A stretch of DNA of 41,559 nucleotides. Source: Lenisia limosa. Taxonomy: Eukaryota; Protista; Breviatea. Positions 26,501 through 36,554 of the stretch are shown piece by piece (the first letter of the stretch is position 1; each line of letters starts with the position of its first letter). The notes beneath the pieces were generated by a model. That model was not told the origin of the DNA and searched no databases. It worked only from the letters and a program-made list of their open reading frames with translations. Made by a program: the position numbers and the translations under genes. The stretch is from positions 1 through 41,559 of the forward strand of contig LPNZ01010237.1 of the NCBI GenBank assembly GCA_001655205.1, written 5' to 3'.

Positions 26501-27633
26501 TACATATGTGAGCGAAGAAACGAGAGTAGAGAATGGTAATGGTAGAAATGCATACCGGAACCGGCGAGGGTACCGGTGTGAGAAGCAGCAGCAGCGGCAG
26601 CAGCCTCAGTACGGCCAGACTTGATAACAATGATGGGCTTGTTGAGAGCGACTAAAAAACAATAAGCAAATATTAATTAAACACAATTAGATATCAGAGA
26701 TTATCACTCACCAGTACGGGCAGCGTTGAGGAACTCGCGAGCGTTACCAATAGATTCCATATAGATGATAATGGACTCAGTGGTGGCGTCCTGGCCAAGG
26801 TAGGAGATGAGATCACCCCACTTGAGGTCAACCATGGAACCGATGGAGATGAAGTGAGAGAAACCGATCTGCTCCTAAAAATAATGTGAGTGGCCGAAAA
26901 AAGAAGAATGCTGAAAATGATTCGGGGGGTAGCTTTCAAACACTAACCTTGTGGGCCCAATCGAGGATGGCAGTGCAGAGAGCGCCAGACTGAGAGATGA
27001 AGGCGACGGAACCCTTACGGGCCTGAGAGTTGGCGAAAGTAGCATTGAGACCAGAAACTAAAAAAAATATAAACTTTTGGTCCGTTTGGAGTGATTCTTA
27101 CCAGGGGAAAGAAGACCAAGGCAGTTAGGACCAAGGATGCGGATGCGTCCCTTAGCGGCTTCACCCATGAACTGGTCAATGAGAACCTGTCCTTCCTCTC
27201 CCATCTCAGCGAAACCAGCGGAGAGAACGATGGCGGCAGGCACATCGCAGGCAACAAGGTCCTAAAGTCCCATTAGAAGCGTGTTAAATACATATTCGGG
27301 TATAATGACAACAAGAGCACACCTTAATGCAACCAGCAACGTGGTGGGCAGGAACGCAGATGCAGGCAAGGTCAATCTTCTCAGGGATCTTAGAGACAGA
27401 GGTGTAGGCCTGAAGATAGTAAAAAGAAGGTTCTCCAAAAAAAAAAAACTCACGCGAATGCCAAGAACACTGGGGCGCTTGGGGTTCACTGGGTAAACGG
27501 TACCGCCAAAGGGAGAAGAGACGATGTTCTTAAGAAGCACACGTCCAACAGATCCAACCTTCTCGGTGGCGCCAATGACGGCGACAGCCTTAGGGAAGAA
27601 GAGATTATCAAGAGGGGAATCAACCTTAACCAT
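23582..27633 (-). CDS. ADP-forming acetate-CoA ligase (fused alpha/beta, ATP-grasp) with C-terminal GNAT acetyltransferase domain; about 15 introns
   Basis: [30 protein letters not shown] (CoA binding), [30 protein letters not shown] (phospho-His), [57 protein letters not shown] and ELDINPLL. These are followed by the GNAT region IRPVRPEDE...[16 protein letters not shown] at 23582-23584. Confidence 0.93.
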
Positions 27634-27678
27634 TTTGGAAAAAGGACTAGAGAGAAAAAAAAAAGCAATTTTTATACT

Positions 27679-27690
27679 AATCACGTGATT
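27679..27690. promoter_or_regulatory. Palindromic E-box AATCACGTGATT just upstream of the acetate-CoA ligase start
   Basis: Perfect 12-bp palindrome with a CACGTG core, 46 nt upstream of the ATG at 27633 (minus strand). Confidence 0.35.
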
Positions 27691-28170
27691 TGCGTTATAG
27701 CGCCAAGTTTTTGCGCAATATTTGTTACGAGTATCCGGCTACAAGGCGCTATCTGCTGTTATTCCGCCGAATATATTTATATTCTATAGTTATATATGAG
27801 AATAGATTGCAATTAGCACCTTAAAAGGAATATCCGATCCCGAAATGAATGGCTCGGATGTAAATCCGAGATTCACATTTTGATCTTGTGCTCCCGACTC
27901 CCGATGAGTATAGATTCTCGGTTTCTCCTGCTTAATGTGTGAAATATTGATCGAACGTGGGGAGATGATATTCGTTCGTTGTATCTCCTTAATAATGCCC
28001 ATATATTTGCTCTCACAACACACACCACTCTCAACTATTTTTTGATTTCACTCTCAACAATCTTCAACAGCCCCCTGCTCAGTGATCATTCATTTGATAT
28101 ATTTGTGAGATACAATTCCGAAAGGATTTCTTGATACACTATATCAAGAGATAGAAAGAAACAATGACAC

Positions 28171-29704
28171 TTAAGCCTTGAAGACACGCTGGGTGTTGCG
28201 CTTGCAGAGAGCACGGAGGGTCTCGGGGACGGAGTCGAACTTGCCGAGGAGGATGGCGGAGGCAATGACGTAAGGCTTGTGAGAGGCCTCGTCGTAAGTC
28301 TCCTTCCGGTAGCGCTCGAAGACGGAAAGGGCGACTTCACCGTTGACGGCGTTGAGGCCAGTGATGTCAGCGGGGAGGCAATGCATGTAGTGGGCCTTGC
28401 CGCCATTGGTAAGGGCCATGAGCTCCTCAGTGCACTCCCAGTCGAGGTGCTTGGCGTTGTTAGCAAGGCACTCCTTCTCGAGAGCAGCGAGCTTGGTCTT
28501 AGAGTCTTCCTCACGGAGGAGCTTGACGCGACGCTCCATGACGTGGAAAGGAGCCCATGACTTGGGGTAGACAACATCGGCATCTGAGAAGTCATGTGGT
28601 ACCACCATATATGTTGAAAAAAGAAAGACGCCCACATACCCTTGAAGGCTTCGGCCATAGTGGCAACCTGGGTGAACTTTCCACCACCGAGCTCAGCACA
28701 CTTCTTAGCCTCGTCTAAAATAATGAGATTGTTCACGAAGAGGCTGAACATCAAATGTGAGCGCAGAAAATATGCAACATTCAGAGAGAGATCCCCACAT
28801 ACCGACGATCTCGGGGAGGAGACCGTAGCCCTCGGGGTGAGCGAGACGGACCTCGGCACCAAAGCGGGGGAGGAGAGTGATCAAAGACTGGGGAACGGAA
28901 AGAGGCTTTCCGTAGGCGGGAGACATAGCCCAGGTGACAGCAATCTTCTTGCCCTTAACACCTTCGAGACCACCGTAGAGAGAAGCGATGTGGAGGAGAT
29001 CGGACATAGATTGAGTGGGGTGGTCCTGATCGCACTGGAGGTTGACGAGGACGGGGCGCTGGGGGAGAACACCCTCCTGAATTGATTAGAATAAAGTGAA
29101 AAAAACGAAAAGAGAGGAGGGAAGAGGAAGTCACACAAAAAAAAAGATTTATTCCAGGAATTGTCACAAGGTCACGTCCACAAACATCGAAGCCTTGCTG
29201 GACAGCGGTGGCAACCTCAGTCTGGTACTTATGACCCTCATGGATGTAGAGATCGTCACGGATACCGATAACCTCAGTAAGGAAAGAGATCATGTTGGCG
29301 GTTTCACGGACAGTCTCACCATGAGAGATCTGGGACTTAGCCTCATCAAGGTCGTTGACGGTAAGGCCAAGGAGCTGGCAAGCGGAAGCGAAAGAGAAAC
29401 GAGCTAAAAATGATAAATTACAAAAGGCAACTTGAGGAACATACTGCGAGTGGAGTTATCACGGAAGTTAGAGACAGCAAGTCCAGAGTTGAAGACCTTG
29501 CAGTCAATGTTCTCCTTGTACATCTCCTCGAGGCAACGAGCAGTGTAGAAAACAGCCTCAACCTGAGCCTGGGTCATCTTCCAGGTGCGAAGGTAGTCTA
29601 AAAAAGTAAAACCTTTCCTGGCATGCTCAAAACTAACCCTTGCCCTTCCATTCGGCACCAGTGGCCTCAAGCTTGTTGATAAGTTCCTGGATCTTCTGAG
29701 ACAT
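28171..29704 (-). CDS. ygeW: YgeW-type knotted carbamoyltransferase (bacterial family) with five spliceosomal introns
   Basis: The spliced protein is collinear with E. coli YgeW as I recall it: KVFNSGLAVSNFRDNSTRTRFSFAS, SQISHGETVRETANMISF, IGIRDD, GVLPQRPVLVNLQCDQDHPTQSMSDL, KGKKIAVTWAMSPAYGKPLSVPQ, LAHPEGY, DADVVYPKSWAP, YMHCLPADI, EASHKPYVIA. Introns at about 29598-29637, 29404-29444, 29077-29184, 28715-28802 and 28584-28638, all GT-AG. Confidence 0.93.
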
Positions 29705-29979
29705 TATTACCAAAAATAGGGAGGAGATATTCTCGAAAAAAAATCTGTGAAAAGATAACTGGGTGACCAGTTCAGTTCATTCCTTCTGGAATGTTCGATA
29801 ATAATGTTGTTCCTTTTTTGGCTCGCGCACATATTTCTTTTTCTCTTCTCCCTATTTCCAACCTTCCAACCTGTTTCTAGAATAAAAAAGATAGAAATAA
29901 GAAAGAAAGCCCTATTAGTTTGTTTCGCCACAAATAAGTCCTCTCTACTACAGGTTTTTTTCACCTTTTCTCAAATTTA
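29705..29979. promoter_or_regulatory. Bidirectional promoter region ygeW / TFB5
   Basis: 275 nt between divergent start codons. It contains TTC-TG-GAA-TG-TTC (29784-29796) and two 6-4-6 palindromes. Confidence 0.55.
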
Positions 29980-30329
29980 ATGCCAAAAATTTCTGAAGGA
30001 ACACTTTTGACATGGTTTGTTCTGTTTGTTTTCACACCTCCAGTCAGCATTCAATACATGAGCTGATTGTGAACTTGAATGTAACATCCGGAAGGAGGTT
30101 TATTATCAAAGGTACGGATGTACATTCATATATTTGATGAGACTTTCCCGAGTGGTTTTGCAAACCCAGCCAACCCCCTCAATCTGATATTACCCTGTTT
30201 CACTCCCAAGATATTGACAATACGCATATATTTGTTGAGAAGTCAGCTCTTCCAACAATCCAACAGGCCATTGACAAAATGCTTGACAAGATTTCTTTTG
30301 ATAGAGCTGACCTCAATCAAACAAAATGA
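29980..30329 (+). CDS. TFB5: TFIIH subunit Tfb5/p8 (GTF2H5), 3 exons
   Basis: Not in the ORF track. Splicing gives MPKISEGTLLTCQHSIHELIVNLNVTSGRRFIIKDIDNTHIFVEKSALPTIQQAIDKMLDKISFDRADLNQTK*, which matches the Tfb5 pattern GxLxxCDxxxxxxlxxl...FIIxDxDxTHxFV. Confidence 0.85.
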
Positions 30330-30446
30330 ATGAAGTGGGGGGGGGGGGGNNNNNNNNNNNNNNNNNNNNNNNNNNNNNNNNNNNNNNNNNNNNNNNNNNN
30401 NNNNNTTTTGGAGTTTTGCAATTGAAAATCGAGATTGTAAAAAATT

Positions 30447-31491
30447 ATGACGAGCCCGGTTCCTGCTCTGACCACCTTTTACTTCCTTATGTTTGCTATA
30501 TTCGTTTAAAAATGCAGTTAGTAAATGTTTAGAGGAGTTAAACTAGAGTCAGCCCTCAAAAGGACTTGTAGTTTAGCTTTTTGAGATTAAAAAGGAGATA
30601 AGCTGCCTGTCTGTGTGTCGTTTGAGTATATAAATATCAAGCTAAAGCTTTGAGACGCCAAGATCTTGCCAAGAACAGAGCAGCAGAACTTGCTTTGAAT
30701 AAATGCGAGTTTGGATTCTGGAGGGTTTAGTTCTCTTTAAATGTGTTGTCCCTTCAGTTTGATCCAATTTTCTTTTAAAAAAATGATACAAATAGTTTGA
30801 TTTTAACACAAGTTACTTTTCTTTCCCTGCCTTTTTTTGTTACCCCTCTCTTTCTTCCCCCTAGTCTACTGTATGTATTTCACTACGAGCATATTTTTTA
30901 TATATCAGGAACATGCTATATCGCTTCCTCCCCTAACCATTCCAGTCTCATTTAAGTACAAATTGTTATTTTTGTCATGGAAGAAAAGAAAAACAAAAGG
31001 GAGAGAGGGAGTGAGTGGAAAACGTATCATATAAATCCCGCTTCAAAACAGCCATCTACACCAAAATATATTCGCCAGAAATAATTTAAATAATGCGAAA
31101 TGGAATTAGATGAGAAATAGTTGTAGGGAACAGGAAATATTTGACCAAATGAGGGGGTGTTTCCTTTTAACTTCCAAGAAATACAGATACAGAATGTCTT
31201 GTAGTATATTATGTATTCCTTTGGGCCAAATTTAGAATAGCGCAAATTACCAAAGTGTCTTGAATTATTGTGTTGTTTATATCCAATTAAACACTGTTTA
31301 GAGAACAAGTTGACTTTTTAATAAAGTGTCACTTTAGTGTCCGAGTGTTCCAATGCTAAGACGCCCTCTCTTTCAATAAATATGATCAATATGTACACGA
31401 GGAATTGATGATTAAACTTGAACAAGAAATGTTATACACCAGCCTCATATCATTTGCAAATAACTTTATGAGAGCTTTTTTAAATGCTTAG
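30447..31491 (+). CDS. Hypothetical spliced protein; exon structure only partly resolved
   Basis: Exons that splice in frame: MTSPVPALTTFYFLI|GVKLESALKRT|SKALRRQDLAKNRAAELALNKC..|EHAISLPPLTIPVSF.. and a terminal exon ALSFNKYDQYVHEELMIKLEQEMLYTSLISFANNFMRAFLNA* (TAG 31489-31491). The middle exons are ambiguous. Confidence 0.4.
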
Positions 31492-31497
31492 AGCGAA

Positions 31498-31797
31498 TCA
31501 ATACACTAATGGTCCCTCTTTACCACTCCATTGCCTTTCTTTTTCTTTCTCCAATCCTTTGGAGAAAGCGATACTCTCTTCATATTGATTAAATACATCA
31601 GCACTAACTAATTTATCACCATCCAGCATTTCAATTTTGACTGTTTTAGGAGGTAAAAATCGGCCATTGAGATGTAGAAACTCGACAGTGAAAGTTCTGC
31701 CGTACTGTTGGTACCTCAAATCGTTTCCTTTCTTTTTTATTTATGCTTTCTACCACAACATTGGGGGAGGAAGTAGGTATTTTGAGTGTGTTGCCAT
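31498..31797 (-). CDS. Possible small CS-domain (p23/SGT1/NudC-like) protein
   Basis: MATHSKYLLPPPMLW|YQQYGRTFTVEFLHLNGRFLPPKTVKIEMLDGDKLVSADVFNQYEESIAFSKGLEKEKERQWS.. resembles the CS-domain start (P..WxQ..v.i.i). The model needs a 39-nt purine-rich intron (31715-31753) ending in GAG rather than YAG. Confidence 0.4.
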
Positions 31798-31931
31798 TGG
31801 GTTAACCGAGTGGACACTCTCGCCCCCCTGAAACATCTTGAGATAAAGTTGCTTTCTGGGAACCCAAAAATGCTTCAAAGGAAAAATTACATGATATGAT
31901 ATTTATTTTTATATAAAAAAAAAATGAACTC

Positions 31932-34900
31932 TTACTCTTCGTCGAAAGGAAGGGGCTTGTTAAGCGACTGGAAAATTAGAATTTAGAAGAGGAAGAATCT
32001 AAGAAAATGTAATGGAAAATATTGGGGAAAAATCCCCCATACTTTGACTGCATCAAGGAAATCAACCGGTTTGATCAGGCGGGGGCCGCCAATAACAATG
32101 GGACGGTTGAACTGTTCGGAAAGCTCATACGCCACACGGGCTTCACTGAATGTCAACCCTCCTAGAAAGTAAACACAACACGATTGACAAAAATCATTCA
32201 CCTTCCCAATAACCAATAACATAGGCATATCATTATTTACAACATCTAGGATAATATTATATGACATGATATGTAGTGAGTTGCAATGAGAAAGAATAAG
32301 TGTGTTTACAACCGAGTAATTCCGCAATATTTATCGCATTCTGCGTTTCAAAACAAGATCAAGAGGATTAGCATGAAGACACTTTACTGTACCCCCAAAC
32401 CAGTCACGTAAATAATAAGGGGGGGTTTTCCGGCGGGTGACTTTGCAACCTTCTCTTTGCCTTTAGAAGCCCATGATCTAGATGTTGAATAATGCATCTA
32501 ACACTAAAATAATATCATCTAGAATGATTGAAATGATATTTGCGATATGATACATATTAAACTATTTAAGGTGGTTCAGTCGCTGTTGTGTTTTGCAAAA
32601 TAACACAAAAAAAAACCTACGCAGAAGTCTTCTTCTTCTGTTGTCCAGTGGAAAGTTTCAACTGGTCAGCTGTTGGCTTGCGGGTGAAGGGGTAAAGCTC
32701 CTCAGAGAGGGTATCTCCAAGGAAATCCTGCATTCGTCAAGCAATGAAAAATGCTGATAATTCAGAAGTTGTTCGTTTCGTCAACAGAAAAATGACACAT
32801 GTTCACCACCCTCACTTGCCCGCATACCTCAGCGACATCCCTCAGCGAGGGCTGGAAACGCGATAAGTCATAGCTTACGTCTCTGTTGGATGGCCTGTTG
32901 GACTTGCTGTGCTTGCGATCCTTACGGTGGTTTGGTCCCTTAGCCTGCCACGTCAAAAATAATCCAAGATATCCATACCAGTGAAACGTTGAGGAAGGAG
33001 AGGTTGGCAAGAACATCTTGCTCTTCAGGTGATAGCACTGCATTTTTGACCAGCTGAAACAGTGAGACGGCAAAGGGGGGGGGGGGGGGNNNNNNNNNNN
33101 NNNNNNNNNNNNNNNNNNNNNNNNNNNNNNNNNNNNNNNNNNNNNNNNNNNNNNNNNNNNNNNNNNNNNNNNNNNNNNNNNNNNNNNNNNNNNNNNNNNA
33201 GTCTCACCACCGCTCGATCACCCAAACGGGAGGGGGGGGGTGTATGTAACAAGAAATTAAGTCACAGTTTCAGCTGAAATGATGGACAGAAACAAAAGAA
33301 CGAGCGCAATAGACACGACAGAACTAAAACGCTGTCAAAATATGCCAATGTTGACAATTATTGCTCAGATATCCAGCTGTCTCATGCAAAAGAACATACG
33401 GAGTCTTTTTCTGAAGCTGAGATGCCTTCAGATGTGATGATGTGGATCATGCTCAAACGAAGCTTGCTGTTGATGGCAATTTTGGGGTCCTAAAATGCAT
33501 TAGTATATAAAAGGGATGAGAAGGATCATTTTCGCAATTTAAACAAGTGCGCCCCACAAACTCTAAGGAGGTTGCTGAGTCTGGAGGCGACATTCTTCAC
33601 GGACTTGCCATCGACATCTTTGCCTGTGGCCATGTCCTTGAAAATATGAGAACAACGGTTTCCCTCCAGTTGGAAAATGACTGGTAAATATCGATATTTA
33701 TCGGTTTTTGATCGAGAATCTATCGAGAATCTATCGAGAAATCCAATCTTTTCATCGGAGTGATATGAAGCACTAACAAATCCAAACTTCTCAACGAAAC
33801 CCCCCGTATCTTCCTAGGTGGCAGTGCCAACCTGTTCTAATGAAGCACATTCCTCTACTTTCTGCTTTTTGAACTGAGTCATACAGTCCTATACAGTAAA
33901 TATTACCACACACACGATACTACGATGCTTTCTAAATTATTTGAGTATCAAAAATTAAATGAATATTGCACAGGAAAGGGGAAGTAGTGCAATGCAATCT
34001 CACGTCGCAAGCTGTGATGTGGGTTTCAAAAGCCATAATTTGCTCTCTGAACTCGGGAACTGCACGAATCAACTGACTCATCTCGGCAAGGCTAACCTGG
34101 ACTTATGAGACATAAAATGAACGTTTTGAATCAGTTCAAGAATTAGGTAATACCTATTAAATCCATGTACATGCTGGGTGAATAAAAACAAAATATACTA
34201 TCAAACAAAACGTACAGCCCCCCACCCCAAATTGAGACACAAATAGATGAAAAAAAAAATATTTGTGTAAGGTGTTGAATCACGAACTATAAGGGGGGGG
34301 GGGGATCGCAAAATGTACATGTAGGTACAAACACAACCGAATCCCTCCAGTTAATGACACCCATCAATAATGCGACAATTTGAAACAACAAAAGAAAAAA
34401 ATCCCAGACCAGCTGCTGCATCATATCACAATACTCCTCCTCAATACTGAAGCCCAAACCCACGTCCTTTCCGTGTCCAATGGCAGCCTTGTTTGTTGAA
34501 GAAAAGTCCGAGAACTCCTTGTTAATATCGACAATAGCTTCAGCAATATGCTTGTGACGATTTCTCACCCATATCTCATCCTTGTCATCAAGAATTACCT
34601 GGAAACGTGATAAAAATGGATCTGGGGGGAATCGGGGTGGAGGGATTCTACTTAACATTTTTGTTTGGGGAGATGCCAAAGAAGTCACTAGTTTGAAGCA
34701 TACTTCTCTAGCAGCAGAGTTGGGGGATGGAGTGTACTTCAAAATTCCATTATCAATGTCGAGTAAATCTTCAACCATTGCCTGAACACAATAAATATGA
34801 AAAAGGGAGGGTGACTGTGTCCGAAGCCAGACCAATAAAACCAACCTGATACGTCAACTCATGAAGGAGAGGAGCAATTGTGTCCGAAATTCTATCAACA

Positions 34901-36554
34901 ACCATCAGGGTACCGCCAGTAGGAGCGCATGGGTCACTACAATCAATATCACACAGGAGGTTGGTTTCAAGATATCAAAAGATTTCCTCTTACGTTCTTC
35001 TCATTGTGTCAATGTATTCCTGTGTATAGTTCGCGATTTGGCGTGTGGTCACTAATGGGAAATTAAAAGCGTTCAAAAAAATCCACAAAATATAAAAATA
35101 AAGCTCAATCAAGAGACACCAACCAAACTAACCATGCTCAGCGCAATATCTGATCATTGGTGTCTCATTGAGGGAACAACAGAGAGTTGCAAGTTGAGAA
35201 GCCGTCTTGAGGGCCAATTAAAGAAAACAAAAAGAAACGATCACCCCAATCTCATCTTTTTTACAGGAAAGCTCGTACATTTAGAACTATGCACATAGTA
35301 TACGATGGTACTTAAATCACGATCAAGATTAAAACTGCGAACAAGCCAGAAATTATAGTGGATCTCTTTATTATGCTGGTTTTAATCATGTTCGCGGTAT
35401 TAACCAAATATCCATACCCTATAATAGATATACGCACACGTAAATAAACATATGATCCACAATATGATATGTATTATGTCTAAACGATAATATATGATAT
35501 ATATCATATATATTAATGATACAAAAAAAAAAAAAAAANNNNNNNNNNNNNNNNNNNNNNNNNNNNNNNNNNNNNNNNNNNNNNNNNNNNNNNNNNNNNN
35601 NNNNNNNNNNNNNNNNNNNNNNNNNNNNNNNNNNNNNATGACCACTGTAAAGGTGGTGAAGGTCATTGGGGGAATTAAGACTGAAGACCCTCGACTCAAG
35701 AGCTACATTAGGGTAAGACCTTTCTGGATGGTTTTGCTGGAAGTTTAGGCTATAGGGAAAAGTAAAATGCAAAAAATAAAGTAATCAAAAACCTTCAGTC
35801 TCACCAAGGTAGTTGAGGTTAATTTCTTGACAGGATTTGACATAATCAATCATGTTAGAATCGGCAATAANNNNNNNNNNNNNNNNNNNNNNNNNNNNNN
35901 NNNNNNNNNNNNNNNNNNNNNNNNNNNNNNNNNNNNNNNNNNNNNNNNNNNNNNNNNNNNNNNNNNNNNNNNNNNNNNNNNNNNNNNNNAGCTCCCTTAT
36001 AATGATTGTCAATCTAGAATAGATTAGAGATCTTGGCACAAAAAACATGATATAACCATCAGGTAAAATAAATCAGCCACACCCAATAAACCTTATTTTT
36101 GCGGTTCTTTGTAAGAGGAAAGTCTTGCAACATGTCAAGCACTGAATCCTGATAGTGTAAAAACGAGAATTGTAACCAAATAAGCGCAGTCTCTTTTTAG
36201 TACCTTTTTAGATGATATGAAATAAACTGCATCCATTTGGCGAAGGGGCTGTCGAGAAATGTGGAGAGATTCAACCGCTAAATGGTGAGCCGAAAGTAAC
36301 GAGAGGGAGGGAAAACCCAGGAGGTGTGGACTTTCTAATGATAAAATAGCCCCCTCATACCTGCTATATGGTTCTCAACCAGATCAGAGTTGGTGAGGCA
36401 AGAGGAAATAATCCGCATGCATTGTTTATCGCAAATTAACTGTCTATATTCACCACGACTATTGAAATGACTCTAAAAAAGTCAGAACTACACAAAAATG
36501 GCGTCACCAAACCAGGAGCTTCGTCCCAAGAGCAGTACGTAAATCAACCGACAT
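31932..36554 (-). CDS. SEC1: Sec1/Munc18 (syntaxin-binding) protein, many introns
   Basis: MSVDLRTALGTKLL|SHFNSRGEYRQLICDKQCMRIISSC, VILDDKDEIWVRNRHKHIAE, SLAEMSQLIRAVPEFREQI, EQ|DMATGKDVDGK, YDLSRFQPSLRDVAE and LIIYVTGGLTFSEARVAYELS. TAA at 31932-31934. Confidence 0.9.
33711..33740. repeat. 11-bp tandem repeat (ATCGAGAATCT) in about 3 copies in a SEC1 intron
   Basis: Directly visible: atcgagaatct atcgagaatct atcgagaa. Confidence 0.8.

Noticed and set aside
23582-29704. Bacterial contaminant or chimeric contig as the source of ygeW and ACD
   Set aside because: Both genes are interrupted by GT-AG introns with the same donor and branch style as NMD3, SEC1 and TFB5, and no gap separates ygeW from TFB5.
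27560-29704. Mitochondrion-related-organelle targeting peptides on ACD or YgeW
   Set aside because: Both N-termini align directly with the start of the prokaryotic proteins, with no Arg/Ser/Leu-rich extension. Cryptic internal targeting cannot be excluded.
30135-30187. C/D-box snoRNA in the TFB5 intron (TGATGA ... CTGA)
   Set aside because: The C box lacks the leading purine, the CTGA doubles as the likely branch site, the terminal stem is weak, and I could not identify an rRNA target. A snoRNA scan could revisit it.
32171-32593. Long SEC1 intron with paired ends and a GC-rich ncRNA-like core
   Set aside because: The GC-rich core (about 32397-32480) is a coding exon (SWASKGKEKVAKSPAGKPPLIIYVTG), and the 10-bp complementarities lie in different AT-rich introns and are within chance.
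2658-35989. N runs and ORF-track entries containing X stretches
   Set aside because: These are scaffolding gaps that follow poly-G/C or poly-A/T runs. ORFs spanning them are artefacts, though some real exons are hidden inside.
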